Origin: Candidatus Limnocylindria bacterium | GTDB lineage: Bacteria > Chloroflexota > Limnocylindria > P2-11E | DNA: 45,552 nucleotides | Direction of reading: 5' to 3' | NCBI GenBank assembly: GCA_036395035.1 | Contig: DASWDY010000003.1 | Location: 1-45,552, forward strand | Shown: positions 16,980 to 25,593 of the stretch, piece after piece | Numbering within the stretch: position 1 is the stretch's first letter | Layout: every line of letters starts with the position of its first letter | Notes under the pieces: model-generated | Database searches by the model: none | What the model was told of the DNA's origin: nothing | What the model saw: only the letters and a program-made list of their open reading frames with translations | Program-made: the position numbers and the translations under genes

Positions 16980-17639
16980 TCAGGCCGACGCGGCCGATCG
17001 GAGCGCGCGGCCTTCCCGGAGCGACGCGGCGAAGCTCGTCGCGCCGACACCCATCAGGCCGACACCCGAGATCGCGATGAGCAGCACCGGGCCGGCCACC
17101 GTGGCGAGAGCACCGGTCACGGCCAGCGAGACCGGCGTCGTGAGGTTCATCGCGGTGCTGAACGTCGCGAACGTCCGCCCGCGCATGTCCGGGGGGACGG
17201 TCGTCTGCAGCAGCGCGGCGTACGCGGCATTCAGCACCGCGTCGGCCACCCCGAGCGCGAAGAACGCCGCTGCGGCGAGCAGCAGCGCGATCCCGATCGC
17301 GATGACCACCGGGATGCGCGCCTGACCCGTGGCGACGAGGACGGCGAGCGCGCCGACGAGCGCCGCACGGACGAGATCGGTCGCGACCATGAGGCGCCGT
17401 CGATCGACGCGGTCGACGATCGTGCCCGAGAGGATCCCGAGCGCGAGCGCCGGGACGACATTGGCGATGCCCAGCACCGCGAGCGCCTGCGGTCCGCCAC
17501 CGAGGGTGTCGAAGACGAGCCACGTGATCGCGATCGCATGGAAGCCGTCGCCGATGACGGAACCGGCGTGCGCCAGCCACAGCCGCCGATAGTCGGGGAG
17601 CGCGAGGACCCGCCAGCCCGGCGGGATGAACCTCGTCAC
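16980..17639 (-). CDS. short MFS-like transporter protein (219 aa, about 6 TM)
   Basis: It shows YRRLWLAHAGSVIGDGF, the loop motif DRVDRRRLM, and a GTG start. It is about half the length of a standard 12-TM MFS. Confidence 0.6.
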   Translation of the reverse strand: MTRFIPPGWRVLALPDYRRLWLAHAGSVIGDGFHAIAITWLVFDTLGGGPQALAVLGIANVVPALALGILSGTIVDRVDRRRLMVATDLVRAALVGALAVLVATGQARIPVVIAIGIALLLAAAAFFALGVADAVLNAAYAALLQTTVPPDMRGRTFATFSTAMNLTTPVSLAVTGALATVAGPVLLIAISGVGLMGVGATSFAASLREGRALRSAASA

Positions 17640-17680
17640 GAGGAGACAAAGGGTAGTTGGTGCCTCGGCGTTGCCAGGGC

Positions 17681-18214
17681 CTACTGAGGGCCGGCGGCCA
17701 TCTCCTCGCGGACGTCCTCAGCACCGGCAGCGCTGAGGACATCCTTCGCGTGCAGGCACTGATCGCCGGTGCAGCACACCGCGACGAGCGTGTCACCGCG
17801 TTCGACCTCGCTCGCGAAGCGCGACGCGTCCACGGAGCGACGGACGATCGAGCGCCCGACCACGAGCCCGATGAACCCGAGGCCACCGATGACGCCCAGC
17901 GCGCCGATGACGAAGCCGACGGAGTTCACAGGCATGGCGCTGCCGCCCATGAGGACGACCGAGATCGTGAAGAGGATCCCCGCGAGGAAGCCCGCCAGGA
18001 CCCCGTACCGATCGAACGAGCGACCGCCGAGCTCGCGCGCCAGCTCCGGATCGCCGGCGATGATGCTCACGTCCTCGGGGCGGAACCCGGCGCGCGCGAG
18101 CTCGCCAAGCGCCCTCGGGACCAGCTCGCGCTTGGGGAAGTCCGCGATGACCGAGTGGATCGCGGCCATGTCCTGCGGGTGCCGCATACCGCGTGCCGAA
18201 CACGTGAGCGTCAT
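17681..18214 (-). CDS. YflT/general-stress-protein-like membrane protein
   Basis: The N-terminal domain reads VIADFPKRELVPRALGELARAGFRPEDVSIIAG. It has two Gly-rich TM segments and a C-terminal RGDTLVAVCC...AKDVLSAAGAEDV domain. The start is uncertain (18214, 18187 or 18169). Confidence 0.55.
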   Translation of the reverse strand: MTLTCSARGMRHPQDMAAIHSVIADFPKRELVPRALGELARAGFRPEDVSIIAGDPELARELGGRSFDRYGVLAGFLAGILFTISVVLMGGSAMPVNSVGFVIGALGVIGGLGFIGLVVGRSIVRRSVDASRFASEVERGDTLVAVCCTGDQCLHAKDVLSAAGAEDVREEMAAGPQ

Positions 18215-18279
18215 CGGCTCACGATCCGACCGTTGCCTGCGTTGCAGATATCGGGACCGAGATGACGGAGGGTAGAGGC

Positions 18280-19191
18280 ATGTCCATCGCGCAGGCACAG
18301 CGTACGGCCGCGCCCCGGGAGACCGACTGGTCGGGCTACGGCGCGTTCGCCGGGGCGAGCCTCATCTGGGGCTCGACGTTCCTCGTCATCACCCTCAGTA
18401 ATGAGGTCCTCGCGCCGCTCTGGGGCGCGACGCTCCGCCTCGCGATCGCCTCGGTCGCCCTCATCGCGGTCGCGTTGCTCACGCGCGCGCGTCTCCCGCG
18501 CGGCGGTGCGCTGCGCGACGTGGTGTTGTACGGGGCGCTGCAGTTCGGCGTGAACCTCGCGCTCCTCTACTGGGGCGAGCAGACGGTGCCGAGCGGCATC
18601 ACCGCGGTCGTCTTCGCGACGGCGCCGCTGCAGACGGCGCTGTACTCGCGCCTCCTCGGCGTCGAAGCGATCGACCGCGTGAAGGTCCTCGCCGCGATCG
18701 TCGCCGTGGTCGGCGTCGCGATCATCTTCGCGGGGCAGCTCGGGGTCGGCGTACCGCCGATCGGTCTCGCCGCCGTGTTCGGCGCCGCGACGAGCGCGGC
18801 CATCGGCGTGGTCCTGCTGCACCGCGCCGGCTCGCAGTCGACGTGGGCCGTCAACGCGATCGGCGCGCCGCTCGGCGCGGGGACCTGCCTGCTCGCGAGC
18901 CTCCTTCTGCGTGAGCGCTGGACGCTGCCCGCGAGCCTCGATCAGTGGTGGCCCGTCCTGTACCTCGCGATCCTCGGCTCGCTCGGCGCGTACGTCTTCT
19001 TCACATGGCTCGTCGGCCACTGGAGCGCAACGACGGCATCGTTCGTCGGCGTCGTCGTGCCCGTGATCGCGCTGGCCCTCGGCGCGCTCTTCCGCGCGGA
19101 GCGCCCGCCGCTCATCTCCGTCGCCGGTGCCGCGCTCGTCATCGCCGCGGTGGTCGTGGCGCTGACGCGCTCACGGAGCTCGGCGCACTAG
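18280..19191 (+). CDS. EamA/DMT family transporter
   Basis: It has ten TM segments and the duplicated EamA pattern. I preferred the ATG at 18280 because it has GGAGG 8 nt upstream; the ORF-track start at 18262 is also possible. Confidence 0.8.
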   Translation: MSIAQAQRTAAPRETDWSGYGAFAGASLIWGSTFLVITLSNEVLAPLWGATLRLAIASVALIAVALLTRARLPRGGALRDVVLYGALQFGVNLALLYWGEQTVPSGITAVVFATAPLQTALYSRLLGVEAIDRVKVLAAIVAVVGVAIIFAGQLGVGVPPIGLAAVFGAATSAAIGVVLLHRAGSQSTWAVNAIGAPLGAGTCLLASLLLRERWTLPASLDQWWPVLYLAILGSLGAYVFFTWLVGHWSATTASFVGVVVPVIALALGALFRAERPPLISVAGAALVIAAVVVALTRSRSSAH

Positions 19192-19964
19192 ACGCGCCGC
19201 AGATCCCCTCGCGCGCGCCGTTCGGCGACGGTGACGAACGCGACGCCCCAGCCGATCGCCGCGAGCGCCCACACGAGGTCGAGGCTCGACTCGACGTCCG
19301 GGAACGCCAGCGACGCGACCCCGAGCAGGACCGGGAGGAGGCCAGCGGCCCACGGCACGACCCGACCGCCCGCGGGACGCACGCTCGACAGCAGGCCGAG
19401 CCCGACCACGGTGAAGCCGAACGCGGCCATGAAGCCGTAGTGGCCGAGGAGCGCGTGATCGGTGGGGCCGGCCGTCTGCAGGCCGACGTTCGTGGACGCG
19501 AATACGAGCAGTGGCAGCGCCGCCACGACCACGAGGGCGAGGAGCGCCCGATCGATCCGCGGGATGCGGACGGAACGAACGAGGTCGCCGACGGCCGGAT
19601 GCAACGCCGTCGCGAGCAGCGTCGGCGCGCCGAGCAGCACCCAGGGCACCTGCACGACGGCCGCAGTGGTCAGGGCGGACACGAGCGCCAGCCCCAGGAT
19701 CGGGATCGCCGCCATGACCTGAGCCGCGGCACTACGCGACGGCCGGCGCAGCTGCGCGATCGTCCCGAGCATCGTCACCGAGATGAGGAACGCGAACGCC
19801 AGGTCGTGGATGCGGTGGTGCGGCTCCCTGAAGTGGCTCATGTGGCCGGCCGCCGTACGCCCGATGACCGCGTCGATCGCGTCCGGCCGCACGAGGACGA
19901 TCCCGATGAACGCCGAGAGCCCGAGGGTGACCAGCACCACCAGCGAGAAGAGCTGGCGTCGCAT
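19188..19964 (-). CDS. polytopic membrane protein, function unknown
   Basis: This is a 258-aa protein with about 7 hydrophobic helices. It has an ATGA overlap with the upstream small ORF. Confidence 0.6.
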   Translation of the reverse strand: MRRQLFSLVVLVTLGLSAFIGIVLVRPDAIDAVIGRTAAGHMSHFREPHHRIHDLAFAFLISVTMLGTIAQLRRPSRSAAAQVMAAIPILGLALVSALTTAAVVQVPWVLLGAPTLLATALHPAVGDLVRSVRIPRIDRALLALVVVAALPLLVFASTNVGLQTAGPTDHALLGHYGFMAAFGFTVVGLGLLSSVRPAGGRVVPWAAGLLPVLLGVASLAFPDVESSLDLVWALAAIGWGVAFVTVAERRARGDLRRV

Positions 19965-20098
19965 CAGTGGGTGGGGATGCCGCCGCCGGCGAGGTGAAGA
20001 CCGAGGAAGAGGACGATGAGACCGAGGACGATGACGACCGCGGCGGGATAGACCCAGGGAGCCGTCCTCTCGTCGTCGCCGTCCCGCTGCTCCGCCAT
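19964..20098 (-). CDS. small membrane protein (44 aa)
   Basis: The sequence is MAEQRDGDDERTAPWVYPAAVVIVLGLIVLFLGLHLAGGGIPTH, with a single TM helix. It is coupled by ATGA to the next gene. Confidence 0.45.
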   Translation of the reverse strand: MAEQRDGDDERTAPWVYPAAVVIVLGLIVLFLGLHLAGGGIPTH

Positions 20099-20108
20099 GT
20101 CTCCCCAG

Positions 20109-20130
20109 ATAGTTGCATAGACAGCACTAT
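20109..20130. promoter_or_regulatory. imperfect inverted repeat, candidate MarR operator in a divergent promoter region
   Basis: The repeat is ATAGT(T)GC-N7-GCACTAT, in the AT-richer stretch between the small membrane gene (start 20098) and the MarR gene. Confidence 0.25.
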
Positions 20131-20513
20131 TGCGGCAACGCATAGATTTGGAGCGCGACGCTAGACTCCGGGAAGTGCCGCGACACGAACGCAGGGCGCC
20201 GTACTCGCCGGACTTCCTGCTCTCGGCGCTGCGCCAGCTCGGGCGCCGCGAGCTCACGTTCACGCAGCTCGTCGCGATGCACTACCTCGCCGAGCACCCC
20301 GGCGCCCCGATCGGCGACGTCGCCACGGCGATCGACCGCTCGCGTCCGGCGACCGGCCGGCTGATCGAGGACCTCGTGCGTGCGGGTCTGGCCGTGCGCG
20401 AGGAGGCGGCCGACGATCGTCGCGTGAAGCGCGTCCGCCTCACCGCCAAGGCGCGCACGTTCCTCGCGGGTCTGCGTCGTGGTCATTCGGAGGACGCTTC
20501 TCGGCATCATTGA
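20130..20513 (+). CDS. MarR family transcriptional regulator
   Basis: The winged-helix region reads LTFTQLVAMHYLAEHPGAPIGDVATAIDRSRPATGRLIEDLVRAGLAVREEAADDRRVKRVRLT. The true start may be the downstream GTG near 20175. Confidence 0.75.
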   Translation: MRQRIDLERDARLREVPRHERRAPYSPDFLLSALRQLGRRELTFTQLVAMHYLAEHPGAPIGDVATAIDRSRPATGRLIEDLVRAGLAVREEAADDRRVKRVRLTAKARTFLAGLRRGHSEDASRHH

Positions 20514-20561
20514 GCTGGGTCCTTACGTGAGCGCCTGGCGCGCGAAGCGATGCGTGCGAAC

Positions 20562-20903
20562 TCAAGACCGTCGGTGATCGCCGAGCACGCTCAGCGCGGC
20601 ATCGCTGGCGCGCGGGCCGGGCGACATGTGCAGCGCGATCCCCATCTTGCCGAGCATCTGCTGCATACCCTCGCCGATGTGGTGCGCGACGACCGCCTCG
20701 ACGCGGTGCTGCTGGAGGAACTGCGCCACGCGCGCGTGGTGCTGACCCTCGGGCCCAGCGTCGTGGAGGCGTCCCCAGCCGACGTCGAACTCCTGCCAGC
20801 TCTCGATCCCGCTCGTCCGCACGTCGGCGACAGCGACCCGGTCGGCGCGTCCCCAGCGCGTGCCGAGAAGGCCATCCGTCGTGACCGCGAGGCACACGAT
20901 CAT
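20562..20903 (-). CDS. NifB/NifX-family (dinitrogenase FeMo-cofactor-binding fold) protein
   Basis: It shows MIVCLAVTTDG...RWGRADRVAVADV...HHARVAQFLQQHRVEAVVAHHIGEGMQQMLGKMGI. I chose the ATG at 20903. Confidence 0.7.
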   Translation of the reverse strand: MIVCLAVTTDGLLGTRWGRADRVAVADVRTSGIESWQEFDVGWGRLHDAGPEGQHHARVAQFLQQHRVEAVVAHHIGEGMQQMLGKMGIALHMSPGPRASDAALSVLGDHRRS

Positions 20904-20978
20904 CTGACCGAGGATAGGGTCGTCCGCTACTGAACCTCCGAAGGGGGCCGATCGGCCCAAGGGCTACCCTCTCCGGAC

Positions 20979-22160
20979 GTGACCGAGAACCCGCACGCGA
21001 ACGGCTCTCTCCCGCTCCTCTTCTACGGCAACTCGTATCACTACCCCGACATCTATCGGTCGACGGGCTTCCTCGCGCCCGACCCGATCATCGCCCTCGA
21101 GCACGGCGAGGAGCGCGTCATCGTCGCGAGCCCGCTCGAGCACGGGCGCGCCGAGAAGGAGTCGCGCGCGACGGCCGTCCGGGACCTCATGGAGTTCGGC
21201 TACCGCGAGCTGGCGCAGCAGGGCCTCGACCAGGACCGCATCAACGCGATCGTCATCCAGCGGTTCCTCGGGGAGCGCGGCATCACGAAGGTGAGCGTCC
21301 CGCGCTACTTCCCTCTCGGCCTCGCGGACGAGATGCGCAGCCTCGGTCTCGAGCTCGTCGTCGCCGGCGATCTCACCGCGCGACGCCGGACGAAGCGGCC
21401 GGACGAGATCGCGTGCATCGAGGCCGCGCAGCGGGCCACCGAGGAAGCGTGGGCGGAGGGTGTCGCCGCGATCCGGCGAGCCGACGTCGCGACGGACGGC
21501 ACGCTCGTCCTCGACGGCGAGACGTTCACCGCCGAGAAGCTGCGGTGGATCGTCGAGCAGGCGCTCCTGGCGCGCGACTGCCAGACCCCGGACCGCACGA
21601 TCACCGCACCCGGGAAGCAGGCCGCGGATCCGCATGAGATCGGCCATGGTCCGCTCCGCGCGAACGAGCCCATCGTGATGGACATCTACCCGCAGCACAG
21701 CTCGCGCTACTGGGCGGACATGACGCGCACCGTGTCGAAGGGGCAGCCGCCCGACGCGATCTGCCGCATGTACGACGTCGTCCAGCGCGCGCAGGACGAG
21801 GCCATCGCGATGCTGCGCCCCGGCGCGACCGGCCGCGAGATCCACGAGCGGGTCGAGGACATCATCTTCGAGGCCGGCTATGACACGCTCCGCCCCGGCC
21901 ATCGTCATCGTCCCGACGATCCGGTGATCCGCGGCTTCTTCCACGGGACCGGTCACGGCGTCGGCCTCGAGATCCACGAGCTGCCGTCGATCGGCCGCGG
22001 GAAGTGGGGGATGGTGCCGCTCGAGCCGGGCGACGTCGTCACGATCGAGCCCGGCGTCTACGACCCCGACATCGGTGGGGTCCGCCTCGAGGACATGCTT
22101 GTCGTGACCGAGGACGGCGCGCGCGATCTCACGAAGGCGCCGCGGGAGCTCGTCGTCTAG
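20979..22160 (+). CDS. M24 family metallopeptidase (Xaa-Pro aminopeptidase-like)
   Basis: The pita-bread metal ligands are visible: MDIYP...YWADMTRT, HGTGHGVGLEIHE, and VTIEPGVY...GVRLED. Confidence 0.85.
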   Translation: MTENPHANGSLPLLFYGNSYHYPDIYRSTGFLAPDPIIALEHGEERVIVASPLEHGRAEKESRATAVRDLMEFGYRELAQQGLDQDRINAIVIQRFLGERGITKVSVPRYFPLGLADEMRSLGLELVVAGDLTARRRTKRPDEIACIEAAQRATEEAWAEGVAAIRRADVATDGTLVLDGETFTAEKLRWIVEQALLARDCQTPDRTITAPGKQAADPHEIGHGPLRANEPIVMDIYPQHSSRYWADMTRTVSKGQPPDAICRMYDVVQRAQDEAIAMLRPGATGREIHERVEDIIFEAGYDTLRPGHRHRPDDPVIRGFFHGTGHGVGLEIHELPSIGRGKWGMVPLEPGDVVTIEPGVYDPDIGGVRLEDMLVVTEDGARDLTKAPRELVV

Positions 22161-23593
22161 GGGCTGCCGACGCCTCCGGGCCGCGAGGCGAGCTTCTGGC
22201 GGAGCTCGGCGACCGCGGCGTCCTGGTCCTCCTGCTCCGCGGTGTTGGGGTCGTCCTTCACGTCGACGTCGGGGCGCACGCCGCGGCCCTGCCCGTTCAG
22301 CTCCTCGCCCGTCTTCGGGTCCTGCATGCGCGCGAGCGTCACCAGGAGGAGGCCCTCGTCCGGCATCTGCCGCGGCTGCGCGATGCCGACGCACCCCGCG
22401 CTGCGCGTGCCGATCACCGACGCGACGCCGTTCGCCCGCAGCCCCACCGCGATGATCTCGGCGCCCGACGCGCTGCGGTCGTTCACGAGGACGGCGACAG
22501 GCCCCTTGAACTCCACGGTGAAGCCGCTGTTCGTGCGGACCTGCTCCTTCTTCCCGTCACGGCCGACCTGATCGACGAGCGTCGCGTCCTTGAGGAAGAT
22601 GCTCGCGATGTCCACGGCGGCCGAGAGGTCGCCGCCCGGATTGCCGCGGAGGTCGATGATGAAGGCCTTCGCGCCCCCGGCGATCGCCTTGTTCACGAGA
22701 TCCTTCGTCAGCCGCGCGACGTCGCCGTTCAGCTGCGAGATCGACAGCATGACGATCTTGCCGTCCTCGAAGTCGCGCTGGATCGTCCGCGGCGGCGTCA
22801 GCGTCGCGCGCGTGATCGTGAACGAGACCTCCTGCGTGCCGCGCAGGAGCACGAGCTTCACTTGCGTGCCTTCGGGCCCACGGATCTTCGCGGCGACCTC
22901 CTCGGGGCTGAAGCCCGAGACGTCCGTGCCGTCGACGATCTTGATGCGGTCGCCGGATCGCACGCCGGCCTTCTCGGCGGGGCTGTTCGGGAACACCGCG
23001 GAGATCACGGTGAGCCCGCCAGCGCCGGCGGGTGGGATGAGCGAGGCCCCGATCCCGGAATACGGCTGTGGCGGCTGGTTGAACTGCTTCGCGCGGTCGG
23101 GATCGAGGTAGTAGGTGTGGCACTCGGCCATGGCCTTCGCCATGCCGTCGGTCGCGGCGCGCTCGAGCTGCGTCTTGTCCGCGGCCTTGCACTTCGCGAG
23201 CGCCTTGTCGAGCGACTCGGAGGCCTTCACGAGGTCGGACTCGCTGCTGCCGCTGAGCGCCGGACGCTCGATGACCGGACCCGCGCAGCCCGCGCCCTTC
23301 GCGGCCGCGGCTGGGGTCGCGGTCCCAACGGGCGCCGGCGCCCCGCTCGGCGTGGGGGTCGCGTTCGTGACCTCGACCTTGCGGGTGAGATACGCCTCGG
23401 CGCCGTCGAGCGCGCCGTTCACCAGCTTCTCGGGGGTCGGCCGGTCGACGTGGCGCTCGAGGAGCACGTGGTAGGCGGCCTCGAGCGTCTTGTACTCGGT
23501 CCGCTCGGGGATGATCTGCCGCGCGACCTCTTCCGGCACGACCTGGCATGCGGCGAGGACGACGGCGAACAGAGCGACGAACAGGACGCGCAT
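22157..23593 (-). CDS. S41 family (C-terminal processing) peptidase, lipoprotein
   Basis: It has the signal and lipobox VVLAAC, a PDZ region (GLTVISAVFPNSPAEKAGVRSGDRIKIVDG), IIDLRGNPGG, and the serine motif DRSASGAEI. I chose the ATG at 23593, which has AGGTGGG upstream. Confidence 0.85.
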   Translation of the reverse strand: MRVLFVALFAVVLAACQVVPEEVARQIIPERTEYKTLEAAYHVLLERHVDRPTPEKLVNGALDGAEAYLTRKVEVTNATPTPSGAPAPVGTATPAAAAKGAGCAGPVIERPALSGSSESDLVKASESLDKALAKCKAADKTQLERAATDGMAKAMAECHTYYLDPDRAKQFNQPPQPYSGIGASLIPPAGAGGLTVISAVFPNSPAEKAGVRSGDRIKIVDGTDVSGFSPEEVAAKIRGPEGTQVKLVLLRGTQEVSFTITRATLTPPRTIQRDFEDGKIVMLSISQLNGDVARLTKDLVNKAIAGGAKAFIIDLRGNPGGDLSAAVDIASIFLKDATLVDQVGRDGKKEQVRTNSGFTVEFKGPVAVLVNDRSASGAEIIAVGLRANGVASVIGTRSAGCVGIAQPRQMPDEGLLLVTLARMQDPKTGEELNGQGRGVRPDVDVKDDPNTAEQEDQDAAVAELRQKLASRPGGVGSP

Positions 23594-23668
23594 CCGACCC
23601 ACCTGAAAAGTGTATGGCCGCGCCCCGGCGGGATCTATGAGTTGACTAAGGCCGCTTTGCCGCCTGGA

Positions 23669-24268
23669 TCAGGCCTGATCGCGGAGGATCTTGCGGAGAC
23701 GGCCGAGCGCGCGGAACTGCAGGGCGCGGATCGCACCCTCGTTCTTGCCGAGCATGCGGGCGACCTCGCGGCTCGACAGGTTCGCCTCGAACCGCAGCGA
23801 CAGCACCTGCTGCTGCTCGGTCGTGAGGTGCTTCACGGCCCCGCGCAGCGCGCCGACCTGCTCGCCGAGCACGGCTTGGTCGTGGGCCGTCGGGCCGTCC
23901 TGGGCCAGGCCGAACGCGGTGTCGAGCTCGACGGTCGGCCGGTCGCGGCGGCGACGGTCGGTGACGGCGTTGCGCGCGATCGTGTAGAGCCAGGCGAGGA
24001 ATGACTTGCCCTGCCAGCGGTAGCGGTGGATGTTCGCGAACGCGCGGGTGAAGACCTCGCTCGTCAGGTCCTCGGCGTCGCTCGGCTCGCGGAGCCGGTA
24101 GAGGAGGTAACGGTAGACGCTGTCGACGTACTGGTCGTACAGCTCGGCGAACGCTGCGCGGTCACCGCCGCGCGCGCGGTCGATGACGTCGGGGATCGGG
24201 CCCCATGCGACCGCTCCCTCGGCTGCGGGGAAGGTCGCCACGTGAGCGCTCGCGATCTGTACCGCCAC
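23669..24268 (-). CDS. ECF (sigma-70 family) RNA polymerase sigma factor
   Basis: Region 2 reads AEDLTSEVFTRAF...WLYTIARNAVTD and region 4 reads LSLRFEANLSSREVARMLGKNEGAIRALQFRALGRL. Confidence 0.88.
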   Translation of the reverse strand: MAVQIASAHVATFPAAEGAVAWGPIPDVIDRARGGDRAAFAELYDQYVDSVYRYLLYRLREPSDAEDLTSEVFTRAFANIHRYRWQGKSFLAWLYTIARNAVTDRRRRDRPTVELDTAFGLAQDGPTAHDQAVLGEQVGALRGAVKHLTTEQQQVLSLRFEANLSSREVARMLGKNEGAIRALQFRALGRLRKILRDQA

Positions 24269-24441
24269 TCTTTCCGTTCCCTTCCTGCTCCGAAGCCGCG
24301 CGCTTGCCGTTCACGATCATGCGAGACGGCGGGGGTCGCGCCAAGCAGGTGGCCGTACCAAATGGGTGGCAGCCGCGTTTGCCGTCGGGCGCGCGCCGTA
24401 CGACGGACGAGCGTGCCCCTCTTCGGTACTAGCCGAGTAGA

Positions 24442-25593
24442 TCAGCAGTACTTCTTCTTCGCGAATGCGATCCAGCCTGATCGGAACGCGTCGGGCGTCA
24501 CGCCGAGGATCGCCGGCAGGTTCTTGTTCGGATCGGCGAGGTCCTTGTAGGCGAGCAAGAGCTTCTTGTACGCGTCCGGCCCGTACTGGGCATAGAGGTA
24601 CTCGACCATCGAGTTCGCGAACGCGTAGTAGCGGACCGCGTCCTCGGGGTTCGTGTCGGGCAGGTCGGTGCGCGGTCCGTCGGCGAGCTGCTTGTACGTC
24701 GGCGTGGCGGTCGTGCATACGACGGCGCGCTTGTAGTCCGTGGAGCGTGACTGGCCGATGTAGTCGGGCCACCCCTCGACGAGCCACCAGTCGAGGCGCG
24801 CGCTGATCCCGGTGATGAACTGGTCCTGCGCCCAGTGCAGCCCCTCGTGCTGGATGAACGAGATCGTCGGCTCCGAGAGCCCGGTGGTGTCGGGCGCGAA
24901 CCAGTAGCGGAAGAAGCGGATGTACTTGTCCTCGGGCCGGTTCGGCAGGTGGAACCCGACGACCGAGCAGTCGACGATCCCGGCGACGGTCTTCGTCGGG
25001 TAGAAGCGGATGCCGAACGGATGCGTGGACTCGGCGAGCTGGTTCCGCACGACGGCGTCCCGCGCGGCGAGCGTCCCTTTCCGCAGCGACTCGACGACGT
25101 CGTCGTCGATCGCCCAGTAGTCGATGTCGATCCCGTCGATCGACGTCTTCTTCTCCGCGCCGACCTCGTCCGCGGTGGGCTCGCTCTGGATCCATCGCCC
25201 GTCGACGACGCGGAAGTACGTGCGCGCGATGCCGGTGTTGCCGCCTTCGTCGACCCACGCGCGCACATACGTGCCGCCGAACGGCTCGACCTTCACCACC
25301 TGCGGGACGGCCGACGACGCGCCTTGCCGGCCAGCGATGTCGAACGACTCGAGCTTGCAGCGCCGGAAGGCGTTGCGCGTCAGGTCGATGGTGCTCTGGT
25401 AAGCCGTGATGTCGCGTTTCGCGAGCGCCTCGCGCTGCTTCTGGACGGCGGTCTGGATCTCGCCCTTCGTCTTGTCCGTGACCTGCACCAGGGCGGGGCC
25501 GGAGGGGCTCGGTGACGACGGGGGTGGCGTCGAGGTCGTGCACGCCGCGACGACCGATACCGTAAGGATCCAGGTCCACGCCGTCCGTCTCAT
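24442..25593 (-). CDS. lipoprotein with HExxH motif (putative zinc metallopeptidase)
   Basis: It has the lipobox VVAAC and the HEGLH motif in FIQHEGLHWAQD. It has an ATGA overlap with the upstream S41-like gene. Confidence 0.6.
   Translation of the reverse strand: MRRTAWTWILTVSVVAACTTSTPPPSSPSPSGPALVQVTDKTKGEIQTAVQKQREALAKRDITAYQSTIDLTRNAFRRCKLESFDIAGRQGASSAVPQVVKVEPFGGTYVRAWVDEGGNTGIARTYFRVVDGRWIQSEPTADEVGAEKKTSIDGIDIDYWAIDDDVVESLRKGTLAARDAVVRNQLAESTHPFGIRFYPTKTVAGIVDCSVVGFHLPNRPEDKYIRFFRYWFAPDTTGLSEPTISFIQHEGLHWAQDQFITGISARLDWWLVEGWPDYIGQSRSTDYKRAVVCTTATPTYKQLADGPRTDLPDTNPEDAVRYYAFANSMVEYLYAQYGPDAYKKLLLAYKDLADPNKNLPAILGVTPDAFRSGWIAFAKKKYC

Noticed and set aside
24382-24406. GC-rich palindrome CCGTCG..GGCGCGCGCC..CGACGG between the HExxH lipoprotein gene and the ECF sigma gene, and a similar GGCGAC-cgg-GTCGCC stem at 6577-6591 after hemH, considered as intrinsic terminators
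   Set aside because: No U-tract follows either stem, and short GC palindromes are frequent by chance at this base composition. There is not enough support to annotate them.
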